From positions 55,560 to 119,559 of the forward strand of contig CAZHOI010000001.1 of the NCBI GenBank assembly GCA_964534365.1: a stretch of 64,000 nucleotides of DNA, read 5' to 3'. Positions 42,055 to 50,654 of this stretch are shown one piece after another. How positions within the stretch are numbered: position 1 is the stretch's first letter; every line of letters starts with the position of its first letter. The notes under the pieces were generated by a model. It worked only from the letters and a program-made list of their open reading frames with translations, did no database searches and was not told where the DNA came from. The DNA is from an uncultured Candidatus Saccharibacteria bacterium (GTDB taxonomy: Bacteria > Patescibacteriota > Minisyncoccia > Phycocordibacterales > SW-6-46-9). The position numbers and the translations under genes were made by a program.

Positions 42055-42690
42055 ATGGACCAAAATCAAGAACTACAGCGCTATCTATCATCATTGCCCG
42101 GTATCGGACCTCGTCAGGCTCGCCGAATAGTGTATTACTTATTGCGAAAAGAACCGAGCTACAGTCGCCGATTAGGAGAATTATTATTAACTGTTAGGTC
42201 AAACACTAAATTATGCCAGGAAACCTTTCATTATTTTTACAGCGATGATGGTCAATCACTATCCCCTATTGCTAGTGATCAAAATCGTGATCATAGCAAA
42301 ATTTTGGTAGTAGAAACTGATTCCGACTTAGAAAATGTTGAATCCCTGGGTCAATGGCAAGGTACCTATTTTGTCTTGGGTGGTGTATTGCGCCCTGATT
42401 TGGATCAGATTAAATATGAATCTTATATCAAATTATCAGATTTTAAACGATTAATTCAAAGAAAGGTCTCCGAGAACAAATTAACTGAAGTCATCTTTGC
42501 CCTTAGTCCCACTGTTAATGGTGATTTTACTACTGAAATTCTAGAAGAAACCTTGGTTAACCTATTAAGTGAATCAATTCATAATATCGCTATCTCTAGA
42601 CTAGCGAGAGGTCTATCTACCGGGTCATCGCTAGAATACATTGACGGCAGTACTTTCTCCCAAGCCCTTAGTCATCGAGATAAAAAGTAG
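42055..42690 (+). CDS. recR: Recombination protein RecR
   Basis: LSSLPGIGPRQARRIVYYLL HhH motif, Toprim domain; 211 aa. Start abuts the dnaB stop. Confidence 0.85.
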   Translation: MDQNQELQRYLSSLPGIGPRQARRIVYYLLRKEPSYSRRLGELLLTVRSNTKLCQETFHYFYSDDGQSLSPIASDQNRDHSKILVVETDSDLENVESLGQWQGTYFVLGGVLRPDLDQIKYESYIKLSDFKRLIQRKVSENKLTEVIFALSPTVNGDFTTEILEETLVNLLSESIHNIAISRLARGLSTGSSLEYIDGSTFSQALSHRDKK

Positions 42691-42714
42691 ATTAAAAAAA
42701 CTCCCTAAGGGGTT

Positions 42715-43068
42715 TTACAACGATGTAATTTGAAGAGTAGTATGGGGTTGGCGGTGTCCGGTTTTTTTGCGATAGTTTGATTTTGGTTTGAAACGCAGAA
42801 CAGTTATTTTTTTATCTTTACCGTGATCCAATACTTGAGCCTCGACTTGTTTGCCGCTGACAGTTGGTGTCCCGACTGAGACCTTATCACCATCCGAGTG
42901 CATCAAAATTTCATCAAATACCACCTTGTCACCTTCGTTAACATTGGCAATCTTTTCCACTTTTAATATTTGGTCTTTGGCAACTTTGTATTGTTTGCCT
43001 CCGGTTTTAATTACTGCAAAACTAGACATAGTGTTCTGCATTCTGCCAGAAGTTAGGCTTTTTTTCAA
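42715..43068 (-). CDS. rplU: 50S ribosomal protein L21 (true start possibly at Met 43029)
   Basis: MSSFAVIKTGGKQYKVAKDQILKVEK matches the bL21 N-terminus (AVIKTGGKQY.V). Confidence 0.85.
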   Translation of the reverse strand: MKKSLTSGRMQNTMSSFAVIKTGGKQYKVAKDQILKVEKIANVNEGDKVVFDEILMHSDGDKVSVGTPTVSGKQVEAQVLDHGKDKKITVLRFKPKSNYRKKTGHRQPHTTLQITSL

Positions 43069-43177
43069 CCATATTAACAGTACTGGTAATTTTCAAGATA
43101 TTGTTCCTTTGAATCATAATCATATTTTTCAAAAAATTCATTCTCTGGCATATAGTAAGTTACATGACATGTTCCTT

Positions 43178-43768
43178 TTAAATACCAATTTCCATCCCGT
43201 TTGTTAGAACCTGTCCCATGTAACCTATCTCAATTTTTAAATCATCAGTTCCTAAAGGAATAGGTTTAGATCCATCGTATATATTGCCATTGTATAGACC
43301 AAATACGGCAGTTTTTTGAGGTTCAGTCCTAGATTCTTCTGAATAATACTTAGTTTTTGTTTTTTCAACCTCAATAAAACCAAACCCTTCGGGAGACACA
43401 CCCTCCAGTACTCTACCATGGTAATAAATTCCATTTTTGTCTCTAGCCCAAGCTCCATCAATAATCTCAAAAGATTCTTGGTCTAAGTGATCATAAAATT
43501 CAGGACTTGCTATTGGTTCAATCACGTACCACTTATCATCATAATTCCAGTAATATCTATTATTATACGGGCCGCTACTTTGATAGATCGAAGCTAATTC
43601 ATAATTTTCATGTATTACCACATCATTTGGCTTTTCAATAATCTGATTGTTTCGATCAGTTGAGACAAAACCAATACTAGCTGTAATTATTAATAGTATA
43701 ACTAATAAGACAGTTAGGAGTATGGATTTGGTTTTCATAATTAACACAGGCAATAATACCACACACAC
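43178..43768 (-). CDS. Membrane-anchored DKNYY-repeat protein (hypothetical)
   Basis: N-terminal TM, repeated DKNGIYY / KW(Y) motifs characteristic of DKNYY-family proteins; 196 aa. Confidence 0.5.
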   Translation of the reverse strand: MCVVLLPVLIMKTKSILLTVLLVILLIITASIGFVSTDRNNQIIEKPNDVVIHENYELASIYQSSGPYNNRYYWNYDDKWYVIEPIASPEFYDHLDQESFEIIDGAWARDKNGIYYHGRVLEGVSPEGFGFIEVEKTKTKYYSEESRTEPQKTAVFGLYNGNIYDGSKPIPLGTDDLKIEIGYMGQVLTNGMEIGI

Positions 43769-43893
43769 TATTAGTGTTAGGCATTTTAAATCTATACCAC
43801 TACGTTAAACTTCGGGGCACCGTCACTTTGCACACTTCTTGTGCTGCGCGCCGCGAAGCTAAAACAACCCGCAAGGCGAGTTGTTTAGCGAAG

Positions 43894-43914
43894 TGGTGAC
43901 CCTACGGGGAATCG
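43894..43914. repeat. attL-like direct repeat: 21-bp copy of the tRNA-Glu 3' end (TGGTGACCCTACGGGGAATCG)
   Basis: Identical to 56866-56886, which is the 3' end of the intact tRNA-Glu; flanking sequence diverges immediately on both sides. Confidence 0.8.
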
Positions 43915-44236
43915 GTGTCAGCTCACTAATTCGCTAGGCTCATAAGTGGCTCCTACCCGGTCTCGAAAGCTGGGCTTTCTCCGACTTTTGATTATTACCA
44001 CTGGTAATTCACTTAAAACTAAAACAGCTTCAGATAAACTGAAACTGTTGTTAGCTTTTGTGAGCCTATAGCAGGTAGAACTTATTGTTCACCTTGTCAG
44101 GTAAGGCTATTTTAGCACCAAAACATAGATCATATACAACCCTTCAACAGCCCTAGTAAAAAGTGACAAAAGTTACACATATCGCGCTTGTGTCACAAAG
44201 TTACACAGCCCTGTAACAAACGAGTCTTTTTGCCAA

Positions 44237-47200
44237 TTATTTTTTAGCCTTACGAACAGTTCCTTTGACCACTTTCTTGACAGCAGTCTTTTTAGCGACA
44301 GCTTCCTTGGACTTATTTGTTGAGGTAGCTGGAATGTACTTTGTACAGTCAAGAGAAATCGCTGAGACACCATCTATCTTCATGAATGTATACTTAACAG
44401 TATCAAGTGTTTTTAGTTCTTCATTTACAATAATAAGAAAAATCCCGTGGGATGCACCATATCCATCCATGTACCTCTGTAAACTTTTGTATGATTTTGA
44501 TTCTTCAACTTTTCGTCCTCTGATGTCTTTGTTTGAAGTTAATTTTATTTCAACAATAACTGGACCTACAAATCCATATCGAATGATGAGATCCACACGT
44601 TTGTCGTCGAGTAAATCAGGTTCTCTTAAAACTTCAGATTCTATACCTCTTTTGAGAAGCGCATTTTCAATCTGAGTCGTTATTGTTTTTTGTATTAGCT
44701 TTTCGTATTCTTGCTTTTTAGAATCAAGAACTCTACCACCCAGTATCAATTCATAAGCACCTTCTCCTTCAATCCACTTTCGTAAGTCAGAGTCAAAAAC
44801 ATCTTGCAGCTCTCTAGTCAAATCAGCTGATGTTGTTATGCGTGAGTCTACATACTTTCGAGCAGCATTGTATCTCCGTATAGCCTCAGCATATCGAATT
44901 GGTTTTCCTATAGCGTTCAGATAAGCAAGTCGTAGCTTCACAATGTGTCCAGCAAGCCAATTTGCACCTTTCTTCTTTGTACCAATTGCTGCAATTTTTT
45001 CCTCTAAAATCTTTAATGGCTTATAGTCACCAAATTCTTTCAGGTTTTCAAAGTAGGCAAATGTAATCTCCCATAGGTATTGAGCATATGAACGATGGTT
45101 CTCTCCCATGGCCCAAACCTCCAGTGCTCTGTCCAATAATAATAAGTATTCATCTTCGAAACCTTGGTATTTCAAGTCCATAAGTGGCTTTGCAAACTCT
45201 TTACCAAATCGAATTTCATCCTCCATAGGTGTGACAGTATGTGCAAATCTTGACCTTCGTCTCGTCGGGGTAGCTGCCACTCTTGATTTAACTTGATCTA
45301 GCCTCCAATTAACAGCATCACGATTAGCATGTTTAGTGATAAGAAGTGAATTGGCTGCAATAGCAATCTCTCTTTCATCTTCCTGAGTACTCTCTTTGTA
45401 CATTCCAAACACACTCATTAAATAGTTTTCGTCTGAATGTAGGGTTTCTGAAACATTTAGTGCCTTAATTCGGTCTCGTGAGCGAAAGTCGCTTTGATGA
45501 ATAAAGTCTTTTAAAATAGGCAACGCCTTGGTCAGACTGTATTGTTCAACTGAGTCGACAAACGCATCAGGTTGCCATTTCCATAAATCATTATCTCTAG
45601 AAGAATAAATCTCAACTACTGGATCAAGTTCTTCCTCAGTAAAATCAGGAATCAGTTCAAATACCGTTTGTAGCTGTTCGGTGTGAGCAAAAGGTATGAA
45701 CTTAGCGATGTTAGATCTATAAGGGGTGATTTCTATCTTTCTAAGCTGAGCTGATTTTAGAGCATCTCCAAATATTATTGCTGCGCCACTAGCAGTATAG
45801 TTGCGACTTGCACCATCGTCAGTTTCTGAGTTTATGGTGAGGCCGTGTGAAGAAGGATCATGTCGCAAAGCTTCCTGTATTATCAAAGTATCAAATCGAT
45901 ATTTGTCATCGGAACTCATAAGTTTTTCAAGCTTTTCTGCATTTGAGTTGTAATCGTAAAACACTCGATTCATGTACATGTTTTCTGCTGGACAAAGAGA
46001 AGTTTTGAATGCCTCTAAAATCCGATCATCGTTAGCATCATCATGATTTACTTGCTGTTGACTCCTTGCTTCTTCATATTCCTGATATAAGGTTGGCAAT
46101 TTACTTCTACCTGCTTCGTATATCAATTCTGCGTCTTGACCACCCTTTAGTTTAATGCGCGTAAGTGTATGCATTACAACATTTTGCTGTTCGTCAGCAG
46201 CCAACATTGCATCTATAAAGGTTGCAACATCTTCTACTCTCAATAAATCTTCAAAGAAGTCCTGAGCAAAATATAATCCGTGGGCACCTTCCTCATCGCT
46301 GTTGAGCTGATTAATAAGTACAACAAAGAAGTCATCATTTTTATCTCGCAATAACTTCATTATTCCTCTTACAAAAGTCGATTTGCCTCTAGTAGAAGAT
46401 ACGGAGTAGTGGACGGATTTAACAATTGCTTGAAATAACAAATCTTGCATCTCATCGTCAAAACCGTCTTTGATATGATCAACGATTTTCAAGTCTTTAT
46501 CCTTAAAAATTGAAGTATCGTCTAAAAATTCTTTACGGAACTGCTCATCTTCAATATATATTTGCAAGAATTTTTTAATTGCTTGTGGCTCGGTGATTTC
46601 ATATATGCCGTACCGTCCGTGTAAATCATTAGCTCTAATCAGCTTTACAAACGCATTAATACTCCTGTCACTATTAGGATCAAGTGAAGTGCATAGTGAA
46701 ACATACTCGCGCATCACGAGTTCATCAGGAGTGTCTGTGATGTCAGGAAGATCATTAACAATAGTTTTATCACCAAACTCAGCTAGAGCGTACAATGCAT
46801 GTCGAGGCAAAACACCATTCTCATACGCATCTGATGAGTAACTTATTAGTTTTTCCCTCCAGTATTCTTTATCGATTGATACTTTTGATTTCAATAAATA
46901 TGCCAAAATATATGACACGTTTCCTAAGGGTACATAATATTTTGTTGAATCTTTCTGTTCTGTTTCAGCTTTCTCAACAATCTGCTTAAGGAACTTTTCG
47001 AGATCTGAACTAAAGAAAGCAGGTAGTGCCGATGTTAGCTGTCCAGGTATCCACTGAAGCCTATTGTTGTGATAATTTATTACGTCTTTAAACAATCTTT
47101 TTTTAACTTCTAGAGGAGTAAGACTTGGATTAATCCTGCCCAAAAAATTAATAAAAGATTCGTCAACAATTTTGAATGCTGTTCCGCTTATTCCAGAAAA

Positions 47201-48340
47201 GTCGATTAGTTGACCGAGCATCTCAGTGTCCATATCTGTGTAAAAACTAAGAGTATTATACCAAGCCGGATATATCTCTTTCATAACTGGATCAGTGGCG
47301 AATTCAAATATAGCTTTTCGGGGTTCAGCTAAACGAGTTATCTCTTTAGCGGCAAGATATTCTTGAAACTCTACGTTTTCAAACTCAATCTTACCCGTAT
47401 CGTATTTGCTAGTTTGGAGCACTGTGTTCTCTAATAAAATATCTATACCAACTTGAGCAAGTACCATCAGTTTCAGATCGGAACAAATCTCGTCAAAAAA
47501 TGTCACTAGTTCATCACGAGTAATATTATTACTCTGATAAATTTCCATAGTCAGCGCTAGTTTCTCAAGCAATCTTTTTATAACAGGCTCTAAATCACGA
47601 ATTTGTTCATTTCGTCCTGACTCAAGAGATAACTTTGAATAGATAAAGTGTTCAAACAGATCATTACGAGAGAAGTTGGAAATATTTGTAACCCCTTTTG
47701 CTTTAACAAAATCTTCAAATAAAAATAGATAGCGTGGAATTTGGATTATACTCTGGCCATGAAAACGTAACGATCTATTAAGTAAATCTTCGACTTCACC
47801 CTCACTTAGACCGCCTTTTTCAAGGTATTCACTGATTTGACCAGGCGTAAATGGTTTAATTATTATAAATCTGTATGTAGGGAAAGAGCTTGCGTACTTA
47901 TCCATAAACACCCACCGACTTGATATATAGATATTGATTTTTGGATATTTCTCAGATATTTCTTGTATTTTTTTCAGCACGGAATTGAATTCTGAGCGAG
48001 GTACTTCATCTAAAGCATCTAGAAAAAGTGACTTGGTCTTTTTTGATGATTTACCAACAAACTTATCAATTTCATTAATAGCAGTGCGAGAGCTTAAAGG
48101 AATAAAACTTGTTGTATGTCCATCATGCTTAAGATGATTCTCCATCTTTTTAACCAATTCAGTTTTTCCTATACCTGGCTCACCAACCACAACAGTTCTC
48201 CTACCTTGAGCCAAACTACCTATAGGAGTTGGTTTTGCATCATAAAAAACAAAGTGGCCAAACTTATTGTATTGCTCTTTTGCCTCCCTAAAGGAAGATG
48301 AAACTTCAGTGATAGGAATTATGTATCTGTTGTCACTCAT
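44237..48340 (-). CDS. 1367-aa STAND/NACHT-like P-loop NTPase with C-terminal PD-(D/E)xK nuclease-like domain (candidate defence protein)
   Basis: Walker A VVVGEPGIGKTEL (aa ~50-62), Walker B SLFLDALDEV, followed by IYISSRW (the hhhSR element seen in NACHT NTPases). ~900-aa helical middle. C-terminal ...KRVDLIIRYGFVGPVIVEIKL... fits D-x12-E-x-K. Lys-rich tail. Confidence 0.6.
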   Translation of the reverse strand: MSDNRYIIPITEVSSSFREAKEQYNKFGHFVFYDAKPTPIGSLAQGRRTVVVGEPGIGKTELVKKMENHLKHDGHTTSFIPLSSRTAINEIDKFVGKSSKKTKSLFLDALDEVPRSEFNSVLKKIQEISEKYPKINIYISSRWVFMDKYASSFPTYRFIIIKPFTPGQISEYLEKGGLSEGEVEDLLNRSLRFHGQSIIQIPRYLFLFEDFVKAKGVTNISNFSRNDLFEHFIYSKLSLESGRNEQIRDLEPVIKRLLEKLALTMEIYQSNNITRDELVTFFDEICSDLKLMVLAQVGIDILLENTVLQTSKYDTGKIEFENVEFQEYLAAKEITRLAEPRKAIFEFATDPVMKEIYPAWYNTLSFYTDMDTEMLGQLIDFSGISGTAFKIVDESFINFLGRINPSLTPLEVKKRLFKDVINYHNNRLQWIPGQLTSALPAFFSSDLEKFLKQIVEKAETEQKDSTKYYVPLGNVSYILAYLLKSKVSIDKEYWREKLISYSSDAYENGVLPRHALYALAEFGDKTIVNDLPDITDTPDELVMREYVSLCTSLDPNSDRSINAFVKLIRANDLHGRYGIYEITEPQAIKKFLQIYIEDEQFRKEFLDDTSIFKDKDLKIVDHIKDGFDDEMQDLLFQAIVKSVHYSVSSTRGKSTFVRGIMKLLRDKNDDFFVVLINQLNSDEEGAHGLYFAQDFFEDLLRVEDVATFIDAMLAADEQQNVVMHTLTRIKLKGGQDAELIYEAGRSKLPTLYQEYEEARSQQQVNHDDANDDRILEAFKTSLCPAENMYMNRVFYDYNSNAEKLEKLMSSDDKYRFDTLIIQEALRHDPSSHGLTINSETDDGASRNYTASGAAIIFGDALKSAQLRKIEITPYRSNIAKFIPFAHTEQLQTVFELIPDFTEEELDPVVEIYSSRDNDLWKWQPDAFVDSVEQYSLTKALPILKDFIHQSDFRSRDRIKALNVSETLHSDENYLMSVFGMYKESTQEDEREIAIAANSLLITKHANRDAVNWRLDQVKSRVAATPTRRRSRFAHTVTPMEDEIRFGKEFAKPLMDLKYQGFEDEYLLLLDRALEVWAMGENHRSYAQYLWEITFAYFENLKEFGDYKPLKILEEKIAAIGTKKKGANWLAGHIVKLRLAYLNAIGKPIRYAEAIRRYNAARKYVDSRITTSADLTRELQDVFDSDLRKWIEGEGAYELILGGRVLDSKKQEYEKLIQKTITTQIENALLKRGIESEVLREPDLLDDKRVDLIIRYGFVGPVIVEIKLTSNKDIRGRKVEESKSYKSLQRYMDGYGASHGIFLIIVNEELKTLDTVKYTFMKIDGVSAISLDCTKYIPATSTNKSKEAVAKKTAVKKVVKGTVRKAKK

Positions 48341-48349
48341 GTATGCAAG

Positions 48350-48380
48350 TATACTAAAATCCCATGTTTTATACTAAAAT
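48350..48380. promoter_or_regulatory. Divergent promoter/operator region with 11-bp direct repeat TATACTAAAAT x2 (20-bp spacing)
   Basis: The 49-bp gap between the NTPase gene (minus) and the 146-aa gene (plus) contains tatactaaaat at 48350-48360 and 48370-48380. Confidence 0.45.
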
Positions 48381-48389
48381 AAGCTTGTT

Positions 48390-48830
48390 ATGGACATTAA
48401 ACTCTTTGATTTAGAACTCAATCAAGTCAATCCAGCTGATATGGATAAAAATGTTAAGTACGAAGTACTTCGTATCACTGATATAAACCTGCACGGTAAC
48501 CAAAAGCGCCCGACCCAGAACCAAGGCAAGAAAATTGTAAAAGCACTCGAACGATCTGAACCAGTCAGAACCTACCATAAACATAAAAATATTACCCAGG
48601 TAGACGAGAATACCATCACGTCAACACTAGATATGCTGGGTTTTTTGCATAATGATCCGCACTTTGATGCGTATATTAAAAAAGCTCAAGCAGCTGGTAA
48701 AGAAGTGCTGCTCGCATTCCCAGCAGACGGCGTACCCATCTTTCTTGGTAAAGATGCTGCTGAATTTATGGAGGGTACACCTGCTTATAGAAAAACTAGG
48801 TTTGCACAAAAGAAAGACAATGATGTATAA
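48390..48830 (+). CDS. Hypothetical 146-aa protein divergently transcribed from the NTPase-nuclease
   Basis: No recognisable motifs; mixed-charge soluble protein. Position suggests a partner or regulator of the neighbouring gene. Confidence 0.45.
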   Translation: MDIKLFDLELNQVNPADMDKNVKYEVLRITDINLHGNQKRPTQNQGKKIVKALERSEPVRTYHKHKNITQVDENTITSTLDMLGFLHNDPHFDAYIKKAQAAGKEVLLAFPADGVPIFLGKDAAEFMEGTPAYRKTRFAQKKDNDV

Positions 48831-48905
48831 TTGGGGCATCAATCAATAGATTGCTTGTGTACAAAAGCAAGTAGTGTATCGTCTCACGACCATGCCTATT
48901 TCGCA

Positions 48906-48977
48906 CAAGAAATAGTTAACCAATTCGGTTCTGCTATTTCGTGTGTGAGATAGGTATTTTCTATTTCATGCATTTTA
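48906..48977. promoter_or_regulatory. Three CTATTTC boxes (one perfect palindrome CTATTTCGCACAAGAAATAG) upstream of the ParB-methyltransferase operon
   Basis: ctatttcgcacaagaaatag (48906-48925), ctatttcgtgtgtgagatag (48944-48963, imperfect inverted), ctatttc (48971-48977). Confidence 0.45.
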
Positions 48978-48997
48978 TAACTTAAACAAGTTTTAAA

Positions 48998-50281
48998 ATG
49001 ACGAAAAAACTAATATGGCACAACGCCACCAAAACAGTGGATGAACTCATTCCGCAAACTATCAACCCTCGCACCATTACCAACAAACAAATGGACGATC
49101 TCAAGAAGAGTCTAAAGAAATTTGGACTGGCTGAGATACCAGCGATTGATGCCGACGGTACTATACTGGCTGGACATCAGAGAATTAAGGCACTTCAGCT
49201 TCTTGGTCGGGGTAGCGAAGAAATCGACATTCGTGTCCCTAATCGTAAGCTCACCAAAGCTGAAGCAAAGCAGTATCTCATTTCATCAAACAAGCTGGGC
49301 GGTGACTGGGATTTTGAAGCTCTTAAAAGCTTCGATATCGACCTGCTTGCCAACTCTGGCTTCGATGATCTTGAGTTAGCTGAATTTTGGGATAAGGACT
49401 TATCAACTGAAGACGACGAATTTGACGAAGATAAAGAAGTAGATAAAGCCAAGGATACCGATATTGAATCTGGTGATCTTTTGGTACTTGGGAAACATAA
49501 GTTGTTATGCGCAGATTGCACTGATACAAGTGCCGTACAAGCTCTCTTTGGTGATGACCGCACCAGCTTCATCTATTCAGACCCACCGTACAACATCAAC
49601 CTCGACTATGACAAAGGCGTTGGTAACAAAAGCTCGTACGGCGGTAAGGTCGACGACGACAAAAAACCAGAACAATACAAAATGTTTATCAAGCAGACAC
49701 TCGAGGCTGCCTTGTCTGTATCGACCAAAGATACTCATGTGATGTATTGGTGCGATGAAGCGTGGGTTTGGGTATTTCAGACACTGTATAACGAACTTGG
49801 AATTAAAAATCGACGCCTGAACCTATGGTTAAAAAATAATGCCAGCCCGACACCTCAAGTAGCATTTAACAAAGTCGTTGAATTTTGTGTATATGGCACA
49901 CTCGGCAGTCCATATCTATCCAAACAAACCAGAGACGTGACTGAGGTGCAAAACAAAGAACTGGGTACTGGCAATCAGCTACTCGAAGATGTATCTAATG
50001 TCTGGACAGCCAAGCGGCTAAAAGCCAGTGAATACGAACACCCAACTTCTAAGCCGCCGACACTGCATGAAAAAGCAATCAAACGTTGCACAAAATCAAA
50101 TGACATTATTTTCGATTCGTTTGCTGGTTCGGGCAGTACTTTGATTGCCGCTGAAGCACTTAAACGTCGAGTGTATACCATCGAGCAAAGTCCGATATTT
50201 TGTGAAGTTGTTCGTCGGCGATATGAGAAATTAACTGGGAAAAAGGTGCAGCTAATCAAACACTTCTATGAAAAAACCTAG
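48998..50281 (+). CDS. ParB-like nuclease domain fused to beta-class N6-adenine (DPPY) DNA methyltransferase
   Basis: N-terminal ParB/Srx motif ILAGHQRIKAL. MTase motif IV SDPPYNI precedes motif I FDSFAGSGST (beta-class permutation); 427 aa. Confidence 0.8.
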   Translation: MTKKLIWHNATKTVDELIPQTINPRTITNKQMDDLKKSLKKFGLAEIPAIDADGTILAGHQRIKALQLLGRGSEEIDIRVPNRKLTKAEAKQYLISSNKLGGDWDFEALKSFDIDLLANSGFDDLELAEFWDKDLSTEDDEFDEDKEVDKAKDTDIESGDLLVLGKHKLLCADCTDTSAVQALFGDDRTSFIYSDPPYNINLDYDKGVGNKSSYGGKVDDDKKPEQYKMFIKQTLEAALSVSTKDTHVMYWCDEAWVWVFQTLYNELGIKNRRLNLWLKNNASPTPQVAFNKVVEFCVYGTLGSPYLSKQTRDVTEVQNKELGTGNQLLEDVSNVWTAKRLKASEYEHPTSKPPTLHEKAIKRCTKSNDIIFDSFAGSGSTLIAAEALKRRVYTIEQSPIFCEVVRRRYEKLTGKKVQLIKHFYEKT

Positions 50282-50654
50282 ATATTCCAAACAGTTCCTT
50301 GAGGAACTAAAGAAGGTGCCAATTGTGCAAGTGGCGTGCGAGAAGACTGGAGTCTCTAGAAATACTGTCTATCGCTGGAAACGGGACGACAAAGACTTTG
50401 CCGCTGAATTTGATGACGCTTTAGCTGAAGGAGTTAATTACGTCAACGATATGAGTGAAAGTCAGCTATTACAGCTGATCAAAGATCAAAACTTCTCAGC
50501 GGTGCGTTTTTGGCTCAATAAACGCCATCCAGCATACAAGGAGAAGCTTGAAGTAGTGAACAAACATGAGGTTATTGAACTAACAGATAGTCAGAAGAAA
50601 ACTATCAAACAAGCTTTGCAATTAACCAATCCTAAGACAAAAGAACATGACTAA
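50268..50654 (+). CDS. Terminase small-subunit-like HTH protein
   Basis: HTH VACEKTGVSRNTVYRWKRDD near the N-terminus; 128 aa. Overlaps upstream gene by 14 nt and the terminase large subunit by 8 nt (coupled operon). Confidence 0.6.
   Translation: MKKPRYSKQFLEELKKVPIVQVACEKTGVSRNTVYRWKRDDKDFAAEFDDALAEGVNYVNDMSESQLLQLIKDQNFSAVRFWLNKRHPAYKEKLEVVNKHEVIELTDSQKKTIKQALQLTNPKTKEHD

Noticed and set aside
35917-43068. rplU and rpmA not adjacent (usually an rplU-rpmA operon)
   Set aside because: The gene order is unusual, but both genes look intact with their own signals. It was noted only as a synteny oddity and not as a feature.
49122-49742. Several 68-125-aa ORFs on both strands inside the ParB-methyltransferase gene
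   Set aside because: They are embedded in or antisense to a well-supported CDS and have low-complexity Ser/Leu-rich translations.
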